Below are positions 1 to 10,070 of a DNA stretch of 64,000 bases, one piece after another. Made by a program: the position numbers and the translations under genes. Within the stretch, counting starts at the first letter, position 1. Every line of letters begins with the position of its first letter. Under the pieces are notes generated by a model, which was given only the letters and a program-made list of their open reading frames with translations, was not told where the DNA came from and ran no database searches. Source of the DNA: Candidatus Omnitrophota bacterium (GTDB taxonomy: Bacteria > Omnitrophota > Gorgyraeia > Pluralincolimonadales > Pluralincolimonadaceae); assembly GCA_003141835.1 (NCBI GenBank), contig PLNR01000006.1:142558-206557 (forward strand), read 5' to 3'.

Positions 1-1408
1 ACCTCCTCCCGGAATTGTCGCGCTGGATGAAATCCGCCTGTTTGAAATTCTTGTCTATCTCCTTGGCGCGCTTTAGCTGGTGGTCCCTGAAATATTCGGT
101 CTTCTCCAGCATAAAGTCCGAGTCTCCCGTCTTTTGGATATAAAGGCGGGTCGTAAGGTACGGCCAGATACCGTGATCCATCCAGACGCGGCTTATCCTG
201 TTGCGGTCGGCGATGAACCTGCCGTCTTTGGCGATGACCGTTGCGTTCGATCCGTCGAGCCGCACGCCGCGGAAACTGTCGAATATAAAATCCCTCGCCT
301 TCTCCGGCTCGGTCAATAAAAGCGTCAGCGCGTCCTGCCAGATATCGCGCCAGCCGCGGCCGCCCTTTCCGTAATCAAAGTGCGGCAGAAATGAGCAGCC
401 GAATAATTTCCTGAGGGTCGGCTGCATCTTGACCCACAGCAGCCAGTTGTTGAAATCGCCGTCGTTGAAATCGAATTCGAGCTTCGAAAGGTATTGCTGC
501 CAGTATTTCTTCGTCGCATCGAGGCTCTTATCGACCTTTGCCGGCGAATCCAGGCCCTTGAATATCTTTTTTACGCCTTTCCTGTCGTCGCTGATCCCCA
601 TGACGAGGATATAATCGACCTTCCCGCCTTTTTTCAGCTTCTTACGGTTGAACCTGAACGCGGCGCACGCTTCTTTCCCGTCGAAATCCGGGAGTTTTTT
701 AGAGGCGAGCTTCACGTATTTCTCTGTCGCGTCCGGGAATATCAGATCTCCCTCTCCGCAGAACATGCCGATCGTCGGGAATTGCCCTGCCGGCGCCTTG
801 CCCTTATCCTCGCATCCGAAGACGAAATAATTTGTCCTGTTCTCGATGTGGCCCTTCTCGTCGAATATCATCGTCGGCTTGAGGAAGATACCGTTTCTTT
901 CGAGGTCGACGCGGTTCAACAGCGAGCTCACGTGCCTGTGGTCGCGGATATTTTTTTCGCTGCGGCCGTATAGCGGGATGAAAGACGTCGGCGTTATCTC
1001 TACATCCTTGCCTCTTTTATTCGTGACGCGGACGCGCATGACTTCGACCGCCGTATTGAACGGGATGAAATTCAGCACCTCTATCTCGAGGCCGTGGGCC
1101 TGTTTCGTGACCTTATGGTACAGGAAACCCGCTTCGACGACATCGTCGTGCGGATAAGAGACCCTTATTATCTCATTTCCCACTTTGATGAAGAAATCGC
1201 GGCGGCAGAAGAGGTTGTTGCGGACGTCCTCGATGCTCGCCGGCGGCGTAAGGAAATGGTCATTATCGCGTTTTATGTCCCCGCCGAGGTTGGGGCTTAT
1301 CGAAGACAACAATTTTCCGTCTTTGTCGGCCAGCGGAAAATACAGGTTATACTTGTGCGGATCTTTTACGACGAATGTGCCCTTATCGTCAATGAATTTA
1401 TATATCAT
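1..1408 (-). CDS. GH94 glycoside phosphorylase, laminaribiose-phosphorylase-like (runs off the left edge; absent from the ORF track)
   Basis: Manual translation from ATG at 1408 (RBS AGGAAAGG): MIYKFIDDKGTF..LYFPLADKDG..PLYGRSEKNIRDHRHVSSLL..FLPHFDYGKGGRGWRDIWQD. These match motifs recalled for Paenibacillus-type laminaribiose phosphorylase. Confidence 0.85.
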   Translation of the reverse strand, partial: MIYKFIDDKGTFVVKDPHKYNLYFPLADKDGKLLSSISPNLGGDIKRDNDHFLTPPASIEDVRNNLFCRRDFFIKVGNEIIRVSYPHDDVVEAGFLYHKVTKQAHGLEIEVLNFIPFNTAVEVMRVRVTNKRGKDVEITPTSFIPLYGRSEKNIRDHRHVSSLLNRVDLERNGIFLKPTMIFDEKGHIENRTNYFVFGCEDKGKAPAGQFPTIGMFCGEGDLIFPDATEKYVKLASKKLPDFDGKEACAAFRFNRKKLKKGGKVDYILVMGISDDRKGVKKIFKGLDSPAKVDKSLDATKKYWQQYLSKLEFDFNDGDFNNWLLWVKMQPTLRKLFGCSFLPHFDYGKGGRGWRDIWQDALTLLLTEPEKARDFIFDSFRGVRLDGSNATVIAKDGRFIADRNRISRVWMDHGIWPYLTTRLYIQKTGDSDFMLEKTEYFRDHQLKRAKEIDKNFKQADFIQRDNSGRR

Positions 1409-1419
1409 TTTCCTTTCCT

Positions 1420-1445
1420 GGGGGACGTCCCATTGGGGGACACCC
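1420..1445. repeat. Short GC-rich palindromic repeat, copy A (reverse complement of GGGTGTCCCCCAATGGGACGTCCCCC)
   Basis: Same core at 23161-23210 (with an insert), 23422-23450 and 26467-26492. Fills most of the 39-bp trpB2/GH94 gap. Confidence 0.9.
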
Positions 1446-1447
1446 TA

Positions 1448-2797
1448 TTATGCGTTGCCGATCTCCGGTATTTTCTTTATCGCCTCTTTTATCTTCTCTT
1501 CCGGATGCTCATAGTCCTCGAGCTTTCCGTCGAGGTACGCGTCGTATGCGGAGAGGTCGAAGTGGCCGTGTCCGCTGTAATTGAAGACGATGCATTTGCC
1601 GTCGTTCTTCTTCGCCTCGTCGATGACGCAGCGTATCGCGTGCGCCGTTTCGGGAGCAGGCAGGAATCCTTCTATTCTCGCCCACATCACAGCCGCCTCA
1701 AAGACCGGGTTCTGCGAATACGCCCTCGCCTCTATCACTTTCTTCTTCGCCAACAACGACACCTCAGGCGCCATGCCGTGATACCTCAACCCCCCTGCGT
1801 GTATCCCGGCCGGCACGAAACTGTGGCCCAGCGTGTACATCTTCACAAGCGGCGTAAGTTTCCCGGTATCGCCGAAATCGTACAGGTATTCGCCCTTCGT
1901 CAACGTCGGGCAGGCGGTCGGCTCGACCGCGATGAACTTTATATCCTTCCCCTTTAATTTATCCGGCACGAACGGGAACGTGAACCCGGCGAAATTGCTG
2001 CCGCCGCCGACGCACGCTATCATCGTGTCCGGCTTCTCGCCTATCATCTCGAGTTGTTTCTTCGTCTCGAGCCCGATGACAGACTGGTGCGTAAGCACGT
2101 GGTTTAATACGCTGCCGAGGGAATATTTAGTGTCGTCGTGGATGGCCGCGTCCTCGACCGCCTCTGAGATCGCGATGCCTAAACTGCCCGGCGTCTCCGG
2201 GTCATCGGCCAGAGCCTGCCTTCCGGAATTGGTCTTCGTTGTCGGAGACGGGAATATTTCCGCGCCCCAGACGCGCATCAAGGATTTGCGGTAAGGCTTC
2301 TGGTAATAGCTCGCCTTGACCATATAGACCGTGCATTTCAGGCCAAGGATATTGCAGGCGAACGATAACGCCGAACCCCATTGCCCAGCGCCTGTTTCGG
2401 TCGCTATGCGTTTTACGCCTTCCTTTTTATTGTAATATGCCTGGGCGATGGCCGTGTTCAATTTGTGGCTGCCGGCAGGCGAGGCGCTTTCATCTTTATA
2501 ATAAATGCGGCAATTCGTTTTCAGGGCCTTCTCGAGGCGGACCGCCCTCTTGAGAGGCGTCGGCCTGTAAATTTTATATACATCAAGGACTTCGTCGGGG
2601 ATATCTATCCAGCGCTGCTGGCTCATCTCCTGCTCAATCAACGCCATCGGGAATATCGGCGCCAGGTCGGCTGGCCCGAGCGGTTTCCCGGTCCCGGGAT
2701 TTAAAGGCGGGGGCAATTGTTCGGGCAAGTCAGGGGCAATGTTATACCAGGCTTTGGGGATGTCGTTCAACGACAAGATAACTCTGTCCTTGTCCAT
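1448..2797 (-). CDS. trpB2: Tryptophan synthase beta chain type 2 (TrpB2)
   Basis: [14 protein letters not shown]-lysine motif, [29 protein letters not shown]. Confidence 0.93.
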   Translation of the reverse strand: MDKDRVILSLNDIPKAWYNIAPDLPEQLPPPLNPGTGKPLGPADLAPIFPMALIEQEMSQQRWIDIPDEVLDVYKIYRPTPLKRAVRLEKALKTNCRIYYKDESASPAGSHKLNTAIAQAYYNKKEGVKRIATETGAGQWGSALSFACNILGLKCTVYMVKASYYQKPYRKSLMRVWGAEIFPSPTTKTNSGRQALADDPETPGSLGIAISEAVEDAAIHDDTKYSLGSVLNHVLTHQSVIGLETKKQLEMIGEKPDTMIACVGGGSNFAGFTFPFVPDKLKGKDIKFIAVEPTACPTLTKGEYLYDFGDTGKLTPLVKMYTLGHSFVPAGIHAGGLRYHGMAPEVSLLAKKKVIEARAYSQNPVFEAAVMWARIEGFLPAPETAHAIRCVIDEAKKNDGKCIVFNYSGHGHFDLSAYDAYLDGKLEDYEHPEEKIKEAIKKIPEIGNA

Positions 2798-2861
2798 CTC
2801 GGTCTCCTTTTACTGGGGGTTATTATGCGGAATTAGGGGTATTTTAGCACAAAGCGTCCCC

Positions 2862-5138
2862 TTAGTATAGGGTTACCTCGTAAATGTCGCATTCACCCTT
2901 GCCGGTGTTGCCGGGGAAATAGAGGTCGAAGTTCCTGACGGCCTGCAGGTCGAGCGTCTTATTGCCGCCCTGGTTGCCGTACATATTCCTGATGGTGAAT
3001 TCCTCGAACGTAAATTCATACGTCTCGGTTTTGCCTGTGCCGTCACCCGTCTCCGAAGCGAAACCCTCGCCGTCGGCCCCGTTGACGCCGTCATACTTCA
3101 CCTTCCCGAGATCGGCCACGCCGGATTCATTTATGAAGACCGAGAACGGCATGCCGTTGGTCAGCGACATCTTTATCCTGATGCCCTTGAAACCCTGGAG
3201 GTCGAAAGAGCCGTCGCTGTTGACGGTCTTGACCTGGCAAGGCAGGCCGAAACCGCAGCCCCAACCGCTGCCGGTATCGATGACGCATTTCAAATAGGCC
3301 CTGCTGAACTTGATCCCGGCCGTTGTCGAGCTGTCCGCCCAGACGCCTAATTTTTCCACATCAATAGTCTTGACGTCGAAGAACGGCTCGGCCTCGCGCT
3401 TGACATCCTTATTGTTAACTTTTGCGTACCCGCCGACCTTGATCAATTTATCCGGATAAGGCATAATGGATTTCTTGTGCATGGAGTCGGCTGCGGCATT
3501 CATCTTCTTCATCTCGGCAGCCAGGAGAGCGTATTCATTATCATGGATGTCGACGAGCCCGTAATCGCTGTCTTCGCCGTCGAAGCTGCGGCCCTGCGGC
3601 GACTCGTCAAAATATTGGAACCAGTGGTAACCGACAAGGTACGGGAATTCCATCATCTGTGTCACGTATTTGTTGAACCCGGCCGCCCTGTCCTGCTGGG
3701 TCCGGACCGTGACATCGGCGCCTTTCCTGTTCTTGTCCCCGCTGCTGTTCTCCATCGCCCTGTAGGAGAACTCGGTTATCATCACCGGCTTCTGCCCGAG
3801 TAAGTAAAAATTATCGATCAGCTCTTTATTGACCTTCATGTCCTTGCAATAATAATTGACCGTCAGCACGTCGCAATACTTCCCGCACGCCCTCGCCACC
3901 TCATCCGGGGCGTTGCCGGCGAAACGGACGCCGAGTATCAGGTGGTTCGGGTCGTACTTTTTGATGAACCCGCATACCGTGGAAAAATACCGTTCGGCGA
4001 TGACGCCGGCAAAAAGCTCCCGCGCCTCTTTGGCCGAGGCGCCGCGCACGTGCATGAAGTCCTCGATGCTCTTGCCGTATTTCTGCTGCAGGAACTCGGC
4101 TAATTTCTGCCTGCCCGGCGCTTTTTCCGGAAGTTTGGCGTATTCATCGAGAAGCGTGGATGGGTGGCCGGTATACCAGCCATAATCCCCGTACCACGGC
4201 AGCTCATTCTCTATAAAATATCCCAAAAGGTATTTCGCGTCCTTGAACCGCTTGCATCTGCCCATAACGTTCTGTTCGGCCATCTCGTCGAACAACGGGT
4301 CAAAAACATCGACGAGCCTGTGGTCGCTAGTCGACGGGATGCCCAGCATGACGGTAAAAGGCATGTCATAATAGAACGTAGCCGGGTCGGACCATGAGCC
4401 TATCGTGTTAAAATCCAGATTTTTAAGGCGCTTTATAACGCTCTTGGCCCACTCGGCGTAATCCTTATACTTCGACGACACGTCATAATATTCGGAATTC
4501 GGAAGCACCGCGCCATCCTTGCTCAGGACCGCGTTGACCCCTTTCGAGATGAACCGCTCCCCGTCCGGAGTGATGAGCCAGTATTTGCCCTTATCCTGTT
4601 TCACGGTGAAAAACGTCTTGCCCTTCGTCAGCATTGCCCTCTTGGAAATATCCTTATACGGCCCGCCTGCCTTGAATTCCATCTCCCATATCGAGAAGCC
4701 CCACGCCGTCGCCCTCTCGATGCAGTCTATCTTCACGAATTTACAGGCTGCCTTCTCCTTAAAATTGATCTTTATATCTTCGCCTTCGTTGCCGTCGTTT
4801 ATCTCGGCGAGGGTCTGCCATGCGGCGCCGTCGGCCGAGCCCAGGACCTTATAACGGTAGGCTGAGGCCGTTTCCCATTTTATCTCGATGCCGTACAGGT
4901 CGACCGGCTGTTCGAATTCCACCTGTATCCACTGGTTATCCTTCAATTCCGATTCCCAGCGGGTGCGAAGATTCCCGTCGACCGCCTTCTCCGGCCTGTT
5001 GTTATCTTTATCGGATGATGCGGTGACGGCTTTGACCGCCGCTGCCGGCGCCGGTGCAGGCGTTTCGGCGCAATAGGCGGGGGTGATAAATATGGGCAAA
5101 AGTGATAACGACAAAATAACGGCGCTAACGGTTTTCAT
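2862..5138 (-). CDS. Secreted glycoside hydrolase: F5/8-type C (CBM32) + GH50-like clan-A catalytic domain + C-terminal CBM-like domain
   Basis: Signal peptide; AVDGNLRTRWES discoidin motif; YWLITPDG, FNTIGSWS, GYFIENEL, DPNHLILGVRF, PVMITEF, VGYHWFQYFD. Confidence 0.8.
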   Translation of the reverse strand: MKTVSAVILSLSLLPIFITPAYCAETPAPAPAAAVKAVTASSDKDNNRPEKAVDGNLRTRWESELKDNQWIQVEFEQPVDLYGIEIKWETASAYRYKVLGSADGAAWQTLAEINDGNEGEDIKINFKEKAACKFVKIDCIERATAWGFSIWEMEFKAGGPYKDISKRAMLTKGKTFFTVKQDKGKYWLITPDGERFISKGVNAVLSKDGAVLPNSEYYDVSSKYKDYAEWAKSVIKRLKNLDFNTIGSWSDPATFYYDMPFTVMLGIPSTSDHRLVDVFDPLFDEMAEQNVMGRCKRFKDAKYLLGYFIENELPWYGDYGWYTGHPSTLLDEYAKLPEKAPGRQKLAEFLQQKYGKSIEDFMHVRGASAKEARELFAGVIAERYFSTVCGFIKKYDPNHLILGVRFAGNAPDEVARACGKYCDVLTVNYYCKDMKVNKELIDNFYLLGQKPVMITEFSYRAMENSSGDKNRKGADVTVRTQQDRAAGFNKYVTQMMEFPYLVGYHWFQYFDESPQGRSFDGEDSDYGLVDIHDNEYALLAAEMKKMNAAADSMHKKSIMPYPDKLIKVGGYAKVNNKDVKREAEPFFDVKTIDVEKLGVWADSSTTAGIKFSRAYLKCVIDTGSGWGCGFGLPCQVKTVNSDGSFDLQGFKGIRIKMSLTNGMPFSVFINESGVADLGKVKYDGVNGADGEGFASETGDGTGKTETYEFTFEEFTIRNMYGNQGGNKTLDLQAVRNFDLYFPGNTGKGECDIYEVTLY

Positions 5139-5154
5139 GCGGGCTCCTCCGTAA

Positions 5155-5850
5155 TTATTTATATGCTGCGAATATCTCGCCGGATTTCTTCTCGAGCGTT
5201 TTAAGGTCGACGCCGAAGGTTTTCGTAAATTTATCGCTGAAACTGCCGCTTTGCTTGTAGATATCCTTGAGTTTATCCTTGCCGTAAGTGTCCATCACAT
5301 ATGAGACGATAGCCCACGCATAGAGATACGAGGACTGTTCCGTCTTACCCGCGCCGAATTTCGCCCCGAGCCGCGTAAATGAAAAATCCGTGAAATCCGG
5401 GAGGGCCTTATGGTACACCTTCTTCATATCCCCGTTCTCTACATACATCGCCACGCCTTCGTGGAACCACCGCGGCGCGGTCGACAGCGGTTTGGAAATA
5501 AGGATGTGCGTGATCTCATGCTTGAGCACTCCTTCGTCGATCCTGCCGAGCGTAAGAAAGATAGTCGATGCGCTGGCAGCTGTCCTAAGGGCCCTGCCAT
5601 TTTCCGGCGTTACGTAGACCCGGATCTCTATCTTTCCCGAACTGGTGTATCCCGTGCCGACGGCCTCCGAGACCTCTTTATAAATACCCTCTACACTATC
5701 GCCTACATCCTTGAGGTCCTGCGCCTTGAGGCCCTGCCCGTTAGCGACGACCCTGAAATGCGCCGTTTCTACCGGCGAGACTGCACCGGCCGTTCCCGCA
5801 AATAACAGGATACAAAATGCAATGCTCACATACAAAGCGGGTCTTTTCAT
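5155..5850 (-). CDS. Secreted zinc metallopeptidase (peptidase MA-like, gluzincin)
   Basis: Signal peptide; HEITH followed by PRWFHEG. Confidence 0.75.
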   Translation of the reverse strand: MKRPALYVSIAFCILLFAGTAGAVSPVETAHFRVVANGQGLKAQDLKDVGDSVEGIYKEVSEAVGTGYTSSGKIEIRVYVTPENGRALRTAASASTIFLTLGRIDEGVLKHEITHILISKPLSTAPRWFHEGVAMYVENGDMKKVYHKALPDFTDFSFTRLGAKFGAGKTEQSSYLYAWAIVSYVMDTYGKDKLKDIYKQSGSFSDKFTKTFGVDLKTLEKKSGEIFAAYK

Positions 5851-6449
5851 GGTCTCCTTAACGTTTCAAGCCATCTGTTTAATTTATCAATGAATTGCGC
5901 GTAGGCGGCTTTTTCGTCGGCGGTGTAGCGGCCACGGCATTCGGTCTCAAATTTTAACCGGTCCTCTGCGGACTCATGGATGATCTCCTGGATCGAATTG
6001 ACGGCATTTACCGTGTCCCTCTCACCATCCCATTTTTCATTGACCGAAAATCCCGCTTTTTTAAGCGGCAGGTCATAAGTCGCGTCGACCAGTACCCATT
6101 TGCTGTTGATATCCGCCTTGCAGGCGAGGTGATAACTCACAGGCATCCGGCTTAACAGGCCCTTTAGATCGGCGGGATATTTTATTTCGGAATCGCCCCA
6201 CCTGAAAACATACGTCACAAACCTGATGGGGATATTTAATTTTCCGAATAACCCGGCCATAAGATAATGCTTCGGCTGGCATGAACCCCTGTTCTGCTCG
6301 ATCAGGCCCGGCGGCCCGGAGACCGGATCTCTTAGTTCGGGAATGATGGCATACGGGATGTCGCGGATATGCTCATAGACCGAGATGCGGGCCTCTTTCG
6401 GCCCTTTCCCCGCGGTCCATTCGCTGAATTTTTGGGTTATGATATCCAT
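5847..6449 (-). CDS. Transglutaminase-like cysteine protein
   Basis: GSCQPKH / YHLAC / VLVDATYD give a Cys-His-Asp triad pattern. Confidence 0.7.
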   Translation of the reverse strand: MDIITQKFSEWTAGKGPKEARISVYEHIRDIPYAIIPELRDPVSGPPGLIEQNRGSCQPKHYLMAGLFGKLNIPIRFVTYVFRWGDSEIKYPADLKGLLSRMPVSYHLACKADINSKWVLVDATYDLPLKKAGFSVNEKWDGERDTVNAVNSIQEIIHESAEDRLKFETECRGRYTADEKAAYAQFIDKLNRWLETLRRP

Positions 6450-6670
6450 TATTCCTGCAGGTCTTTGAGCATTTCCTTGGCCGTTTTGGCGTCTTTCTCG
6501 GCAACCTGTATCTCGGGAACGCCGTCTATGGCTTCGAGGCCGATCATGCTCATTACATCCTCGCCCTTGACATAATACTCTATACCGGCGCTTCTAAGAA
6601 GCGATTTTGCAGTCGCTAACGAGGCGCGGTTACCGCTCGTAAATATTGTCACAAATTCTGATTTTTCCAT
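6449..6670 (-). CDS. DUF2007-like small protein
   Basis: AKSLLRSAGIEYYV..PEIQVAEKDA pattern; RBS GGAGG. Confidence 0.7.
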   Translation of the reverse strand: MEKSEFVTIFTSGNRASLATAKSLLRSAGIEYYVKGEDVMSMIGLEAIDGVPEIQVAEKDAKTAKEMLKDLQE

Positions 6671-6705
6671 TTATACCTCCCTAATTAAGTGAGCTGTCAC
6701 CATAA

Positions 6706-7869
6706 TTATTTCGACCCCTGCATGACCCAATAATCCGAACCGTTGGTGTATTTCAAAAGGTAGAGGTGCCTGTTAATGTTCGGGTTCGTGTCAAGAATGC
6801 GCGTATAAAAATCATCATAAAATTCCGGGCATTCCAGGTAATAGCCGTGCTTGAAACTCGAGTTATTTATCGCGGTCACATCGATCGTCATGAAGCGCTC
6901 CGGGTCGAGGGATTTCAAATAAAGCACCCCTCTCGCTTCTTCGAGCTGCTCCGGCTCAGCCACCCTCAGTTTTTCGCGCCCGAGCTTCTTCTCCCCGGTG
7001 ATCATTCCGCTCATCAGCAAAGCGCCATCGTCGGAAGAGACGTATGCGGTCAATTTTTTCGATATGGCCTCAAACTCATTTTTGAATTTTTCATTGAATT
7101 TATTACTGCTGATGTCCGGGGCCGCAAGTATGACCTGGTCTATCTCGATATCCGCATCGGCAAAATCGGGATACGTATAAAGCGTGTCAAAAGCGTCGCA
7201 GACCACCTGGCAGCCGAGGCTCGACGCCTCTATCCAGAGTTTTTCCGGTTTGACTTCACGGACGACCTTCGCCAGCACATTCGCCAGGTACAGCCCGGAC
7301 TCGCCGGCCAGGGATTGCGCTTTCACATAGCCGCCGATGCTGACCGATTGGTCGCCGGGCCAGTCAAATAACAATACCGGGGTATTTACATCCAGCAGAT
7401 ACGCGAAATAGGCGGCCTTCATTGCCGTGGCCTCAAAACCGTCTTTATAACCGAAGACAAGCACGAGCAGGGACTTGTGCGGAGACGCCTGCACCGCTGC
7501 AGATAACTCCCTTGTGAAAACTTCAGGATCGAGTCTCGTTGTGTTTTGCAGCTCTATTATGCCGTTCTTCTTAAGCTGGTCCGGCAGCATCGTCCCTATC
7601 CTTACCCTCGGGTCCATCTTGATATCAAGTGTGCCATATGTCGTCTCGTTAGCCAGGTTGGCCTTGAAAACCGGGGAAGGCTTTGCGGTATAGTCAACTT
7701 CCCTGCTTGTCGCGTAGAAGATATTGACTACCCTGTAGCTGCCTTCTACTTTATAGTTCATGCGTTTATAAATGTCATCAAGGGAATAGGACGGGCCTTT
7801 CTTGACGGGAAGGGCCGCGCAGCCCGAGAGGACCGTGCAGCAGAACAACAGCATTAAATATTTACGCAT
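6706..7869 (-). CDS. Lipoprotein alpha/beta hydrolase (DUF900-like)
   Basis: Lipobox LSGC; FYATSR, FDWPG, SSLG, LAAPD, HGYY. Confidence 0.75.
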   Translation of the reverse strand: MRKYLMLLFCCTVLSGCAALPVKKGPSYSLDDIYKRMNYKVEGSYRVVNIFYATSREVDYTAKPSPVFKANLANETTYGTLDIKMDPRVRIGTMLPDQLKKNGIIELQNTTRLDPEVFTRELSAAVQASPHKSLLVLVFGYKDGFEATAMKAAYFAYLLDVNTPVLLFDWPGDQSVSIGGYVKAQSLAGESGLYLANVLAKVVREVKPEKLWIEASSLGCQVVCDAFDTLYTYPDFADADIEIDQVILAAPDISSNKFNEKFKNEFEAISKKLTAYVSSDDGALLMSGMITGEKKLGREKLRVAEPEQLEEARGVLYLKSLDPERFMTIDVTAINNSSFKHGYYLECPEFYDDFYTRILDTNPNINRHLYLLKYTNGSDYWVMQGSK

Positions 7870-7872
7870 TGG

Positions 7873-8313
7873 TTATTTTTTCCTTAATGTCCTTAGAGCC
7901 CATACGATGAAACGGATCAGCAATAATACCAGGTAAACGATGAGGACTTTTAAAACAAAGAATTTGCCGAAAAATGAGATGAATAATTTATACCAATAAA
8001 CCGCCGTGGAATTAACATAACGCGATCCTTTTAAACCGGATTTAATATGAGCCGTATCCGTAAATTCCTTTATCCGTTTTTCAATAAGTTTTGGCGGCGG
8101 GTTAAGGGCGTCTTCAATGACCTCATTAGAATTATAACCATTGCGGATCTCCGGATATACCTTTATTGTGTATGTTTCCCCGTTAAGGAACTCCAATTTA
8201 TACTTTGGGAATACAACGGGTATTTCGGGGAGGAAGTGCAGGACCGCATATAATACAATGGCTAATCCTATAACTATCAGCCCTTCTTTTGCTATTATTT
8301 TATTGATATTCAT
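7873..8313 (-). CDS. Hypothetical membrane protein (2 TM)
   Basis: N- and C-terminal hydrophobic helices; tight operon packing. Confidence 0.65.
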   Translation of the reverse strand: MNINKIIAKEGLIVIGLAIVLYAVLHFLPEIPVVFPKYKLEFLNGETYTIKVYPEIRNGYNSNEVIEDALNPPPKLIEKRIKEFTDTAHIKSGLKGSRYVNSTAVYWYKLFISFFGKFFVLKVLIVYLVLLLIRFIVWALRTLRKK

Positions 8314-8315
8314 TC

Positions 8316-8669
8316 CTATCTATCCACGGGATTATTTACGCTCTCGGTGCTTACGCTGCCTCCATCCGGGCCGTCAGGGTTGTTGACGCTTCCCTCGGCG
8401 GGCGAGTCGATATGCTTTCCCACGGGTTCGGTAGTCGGTTCCGGCGGGAGCGTATTGTCACCTGATTTGCCGATATCCTTATTGTCTTTATTCTCTATTA
8501 CCGGATTATCCGTAGCTTCCGGAGTATCTGCAGTTTCAGGATTATCGACGTTTTCTTGTGTTCCCGGATTATCGTTGGTGGTATCTGAATATTCACCTTC
8601 CGCGTAAGCGCAGCAAGTTGCAAATAACACGATCCCGATCAAGCTGATGAATAATTTTCTAATCTTCAT
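8316..8669 (-). CDS. Secreted acidic low-complexity protein
   Basis: Signal peptide; D/N/P/E/T-rich with DNP repeats; RBS AGGAGAGG. Confidence 0.6.
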   Translation of the reverse strand: MKIRKLFISLIGIVLFATCCAYAEGEYSDTTNDNPGTQENVDNPETADTPEATDNPVIENKDNKDIGKSGDNTLPPEPTTEPVGKHIDSPAEGSVNNPDGPDGGSVSTESVNNPVDR

Positions 8670-8679
8670 TCCCTCTCCT

Positions 8680-9192
8680 TTATGGATGGAATCCTATCTT
8701 CTTCTTTGGCTTTTCTTCCGGCGGCGCCATTAATTCATCAATAAGCTGGTAAATCGTTGTAATATGTCGACCATGTTCTCCAAGTATTTTACCATGTTCT
8801 TTTACCTGTTGCGCAAGTTCTTTATTTTCAGCTAACATTTCTCTTAACCTAACAAATACTCGCATTATTATGATATTTACCCGAATTGCTCTATCACTAT
8901 TTAAAACGCTCGAGAGCATAGCAACCCCTTGCTCTGTAAAAGCATTGAAATTGTATCTTCTGCCGCCCCATCTTGAGGTCGCAAATTGCGACCTCAAGTT
9001 CGTAACTTCTTGTCTTGTAAGAAGAAACATGAAATCAGCTGGAAATCTCTTTAGATTCCTTTTAACTTGTTCATTCGGCCTCTTCGTTGATACTCCGTAC
9101 AGCTGTGCAAGATCTTTATCAAACATCACCTTTTTACCCCTGATAATAAAGATCTTCTGCCGCACAACATCCTGCTCAACCAGATTTGACAT
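8680..9192 (-). CDS. ORF6N (KilA-N-like) DNA-binding domain protein
   Basis: IRGKKVMFDKDLAQLYGV..VKRNLKRFPADFMF..AFTEQGVAMLSSVLNS; C-terminal KIGF. Confidence 0.9.
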   Translation of the reverse strand: MSNLVEQDVVRQKIFIIRGKKVMFDKDLAQLYGVSTKRPNEQVKRNLKRFPADFMFLLTRQEVTNLRSQFATSRWGGRRYNFNAFTEQGVAMLSSVLNSDRAIRVNIIIMRVFVRLREMLAENKELAQQVKEHGKILGEHGRHITTIYQLIDELMAPPEEKPKKKIGFHP

Positions 9193-9238
9193 AAAAAATC
9201 CCTCCTTTAGCTGTATAGACGCTAAAAGGAGGGATTTT
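9193..9238 (-). terminator. 14-bp perfect hairpin plus U-tract; terminator for the SIMPL gene that also masks the ORF6N RBS
   Basis: AAAATCCCTCCTTT (9195-9208) pairs with AAAGGAGGGATTTT (9225-9238). Confidence 0.7.
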
Positions 9239-9245
9239 CTTTCAA
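9215..9245 (-). promoter_or_regulatory. ECF-type promoter-like motif TGAAAG-N17-CGTCTA, copy 1
   Basis: Identical TGAAAGAAAAT-N12-CGTCTAT also at 10843-10872 and 17675-17704. Confidence 0.65.
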
Positions 9246-9998
9246 CTATTCCGTTATCGCAAAATCCGCATGGACGACCGCGAAGACCTTCTTCTCGAGC
9301 GATGAGGTGTCGTTACTGCCCCAGTCCGAGACCTCGGTCGAATTGACCGGCGTTATCTGGAAGACGCCCATATCCGCCGAGCGTATCCTGCCGACCTTGT
9401 TGCCGGACGCCGAGGCGATCCGTTCGGCCCGTTTCTTCGCGTCCGCGGAGGCCGCGCCGAGCATCTCGAGCTTCAGCTCGGCCAGCTTGGTGTAAAAATA
9501 CTGCGGCGGGTACGAAACGAACCGTATATCCTGCTCGATGAGCCCGGTCGATTCGCGCGACACGGCGGTTATCTTGGCGACGTCAGCCGAGCGCACTTCT
9601 ATCACCTGGCTGAGGTCGTAGGCCTCGATCTCGTTGGTGGCGATGCCCTTCTCGTTCTTCTTGTAGATGACTGTCGTCACCACCTGCGAAACGATCATCT
9701 CGCCCTCGGTTATCCCCTTGGACGCGAGGTAAGCCCTGACCTTGGCCGTGTCCTCTTTTAATTTGGCGAACGCGTCCTTCATCTGTGGGTCCCGCGCCGA
9801 GAACTCGGCCGTCCAGACCGCGTAATCCGATGTTATCCTCTTCTCGGCGGAGCCGGTTACGTTTATCACCTCGGCCGAGGCCTTCTTGAACTTCACCATC
9901 CCGTTGGTCAATATCACCGCGGAACCGATCGCCGCCACTACAAAACATATCCCCAAGATCACTATCTGCGCATTACGCAGGAAACCGTACTTCTCCAT
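9246..9998 (-). CDS. SIMPL (DUF541) domain protein
   Basis: N-terminal TM; INVTGSAE, PQYFYTKL, GVFQITPVNS, DTSSLEK. Confidence 0.85.
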   Translation of the reverse strand: MEKYGFLRNAQIVILGICFVVAAIGSAVILTNGMVKFKKASAEVINVTGSAEKRITSDYAVWTAEFSARDPQMKDAFAKLKEDTAKVRAYLASKGITEGEMIVSQVVTTVIYKKNEKGIATNEIEAYDLSQVIEVRSADVAKITAVSRESTGLIEQDIRFVSYPPQYFYTKLAELKLEMLGAASADAKKRAERIASASGNKVGRIRSADMGVFQITPVNSTEVSDWGSNDTSSLEKKVFAVVHADFAITE

Positions 9999-10070
9999 CT
10001 CTCTCCCCTTTACATCTTTTTATTCCCGTTTTATCTTTACCGCTTGCCCGGCATCATTGTTTGATCTTCA

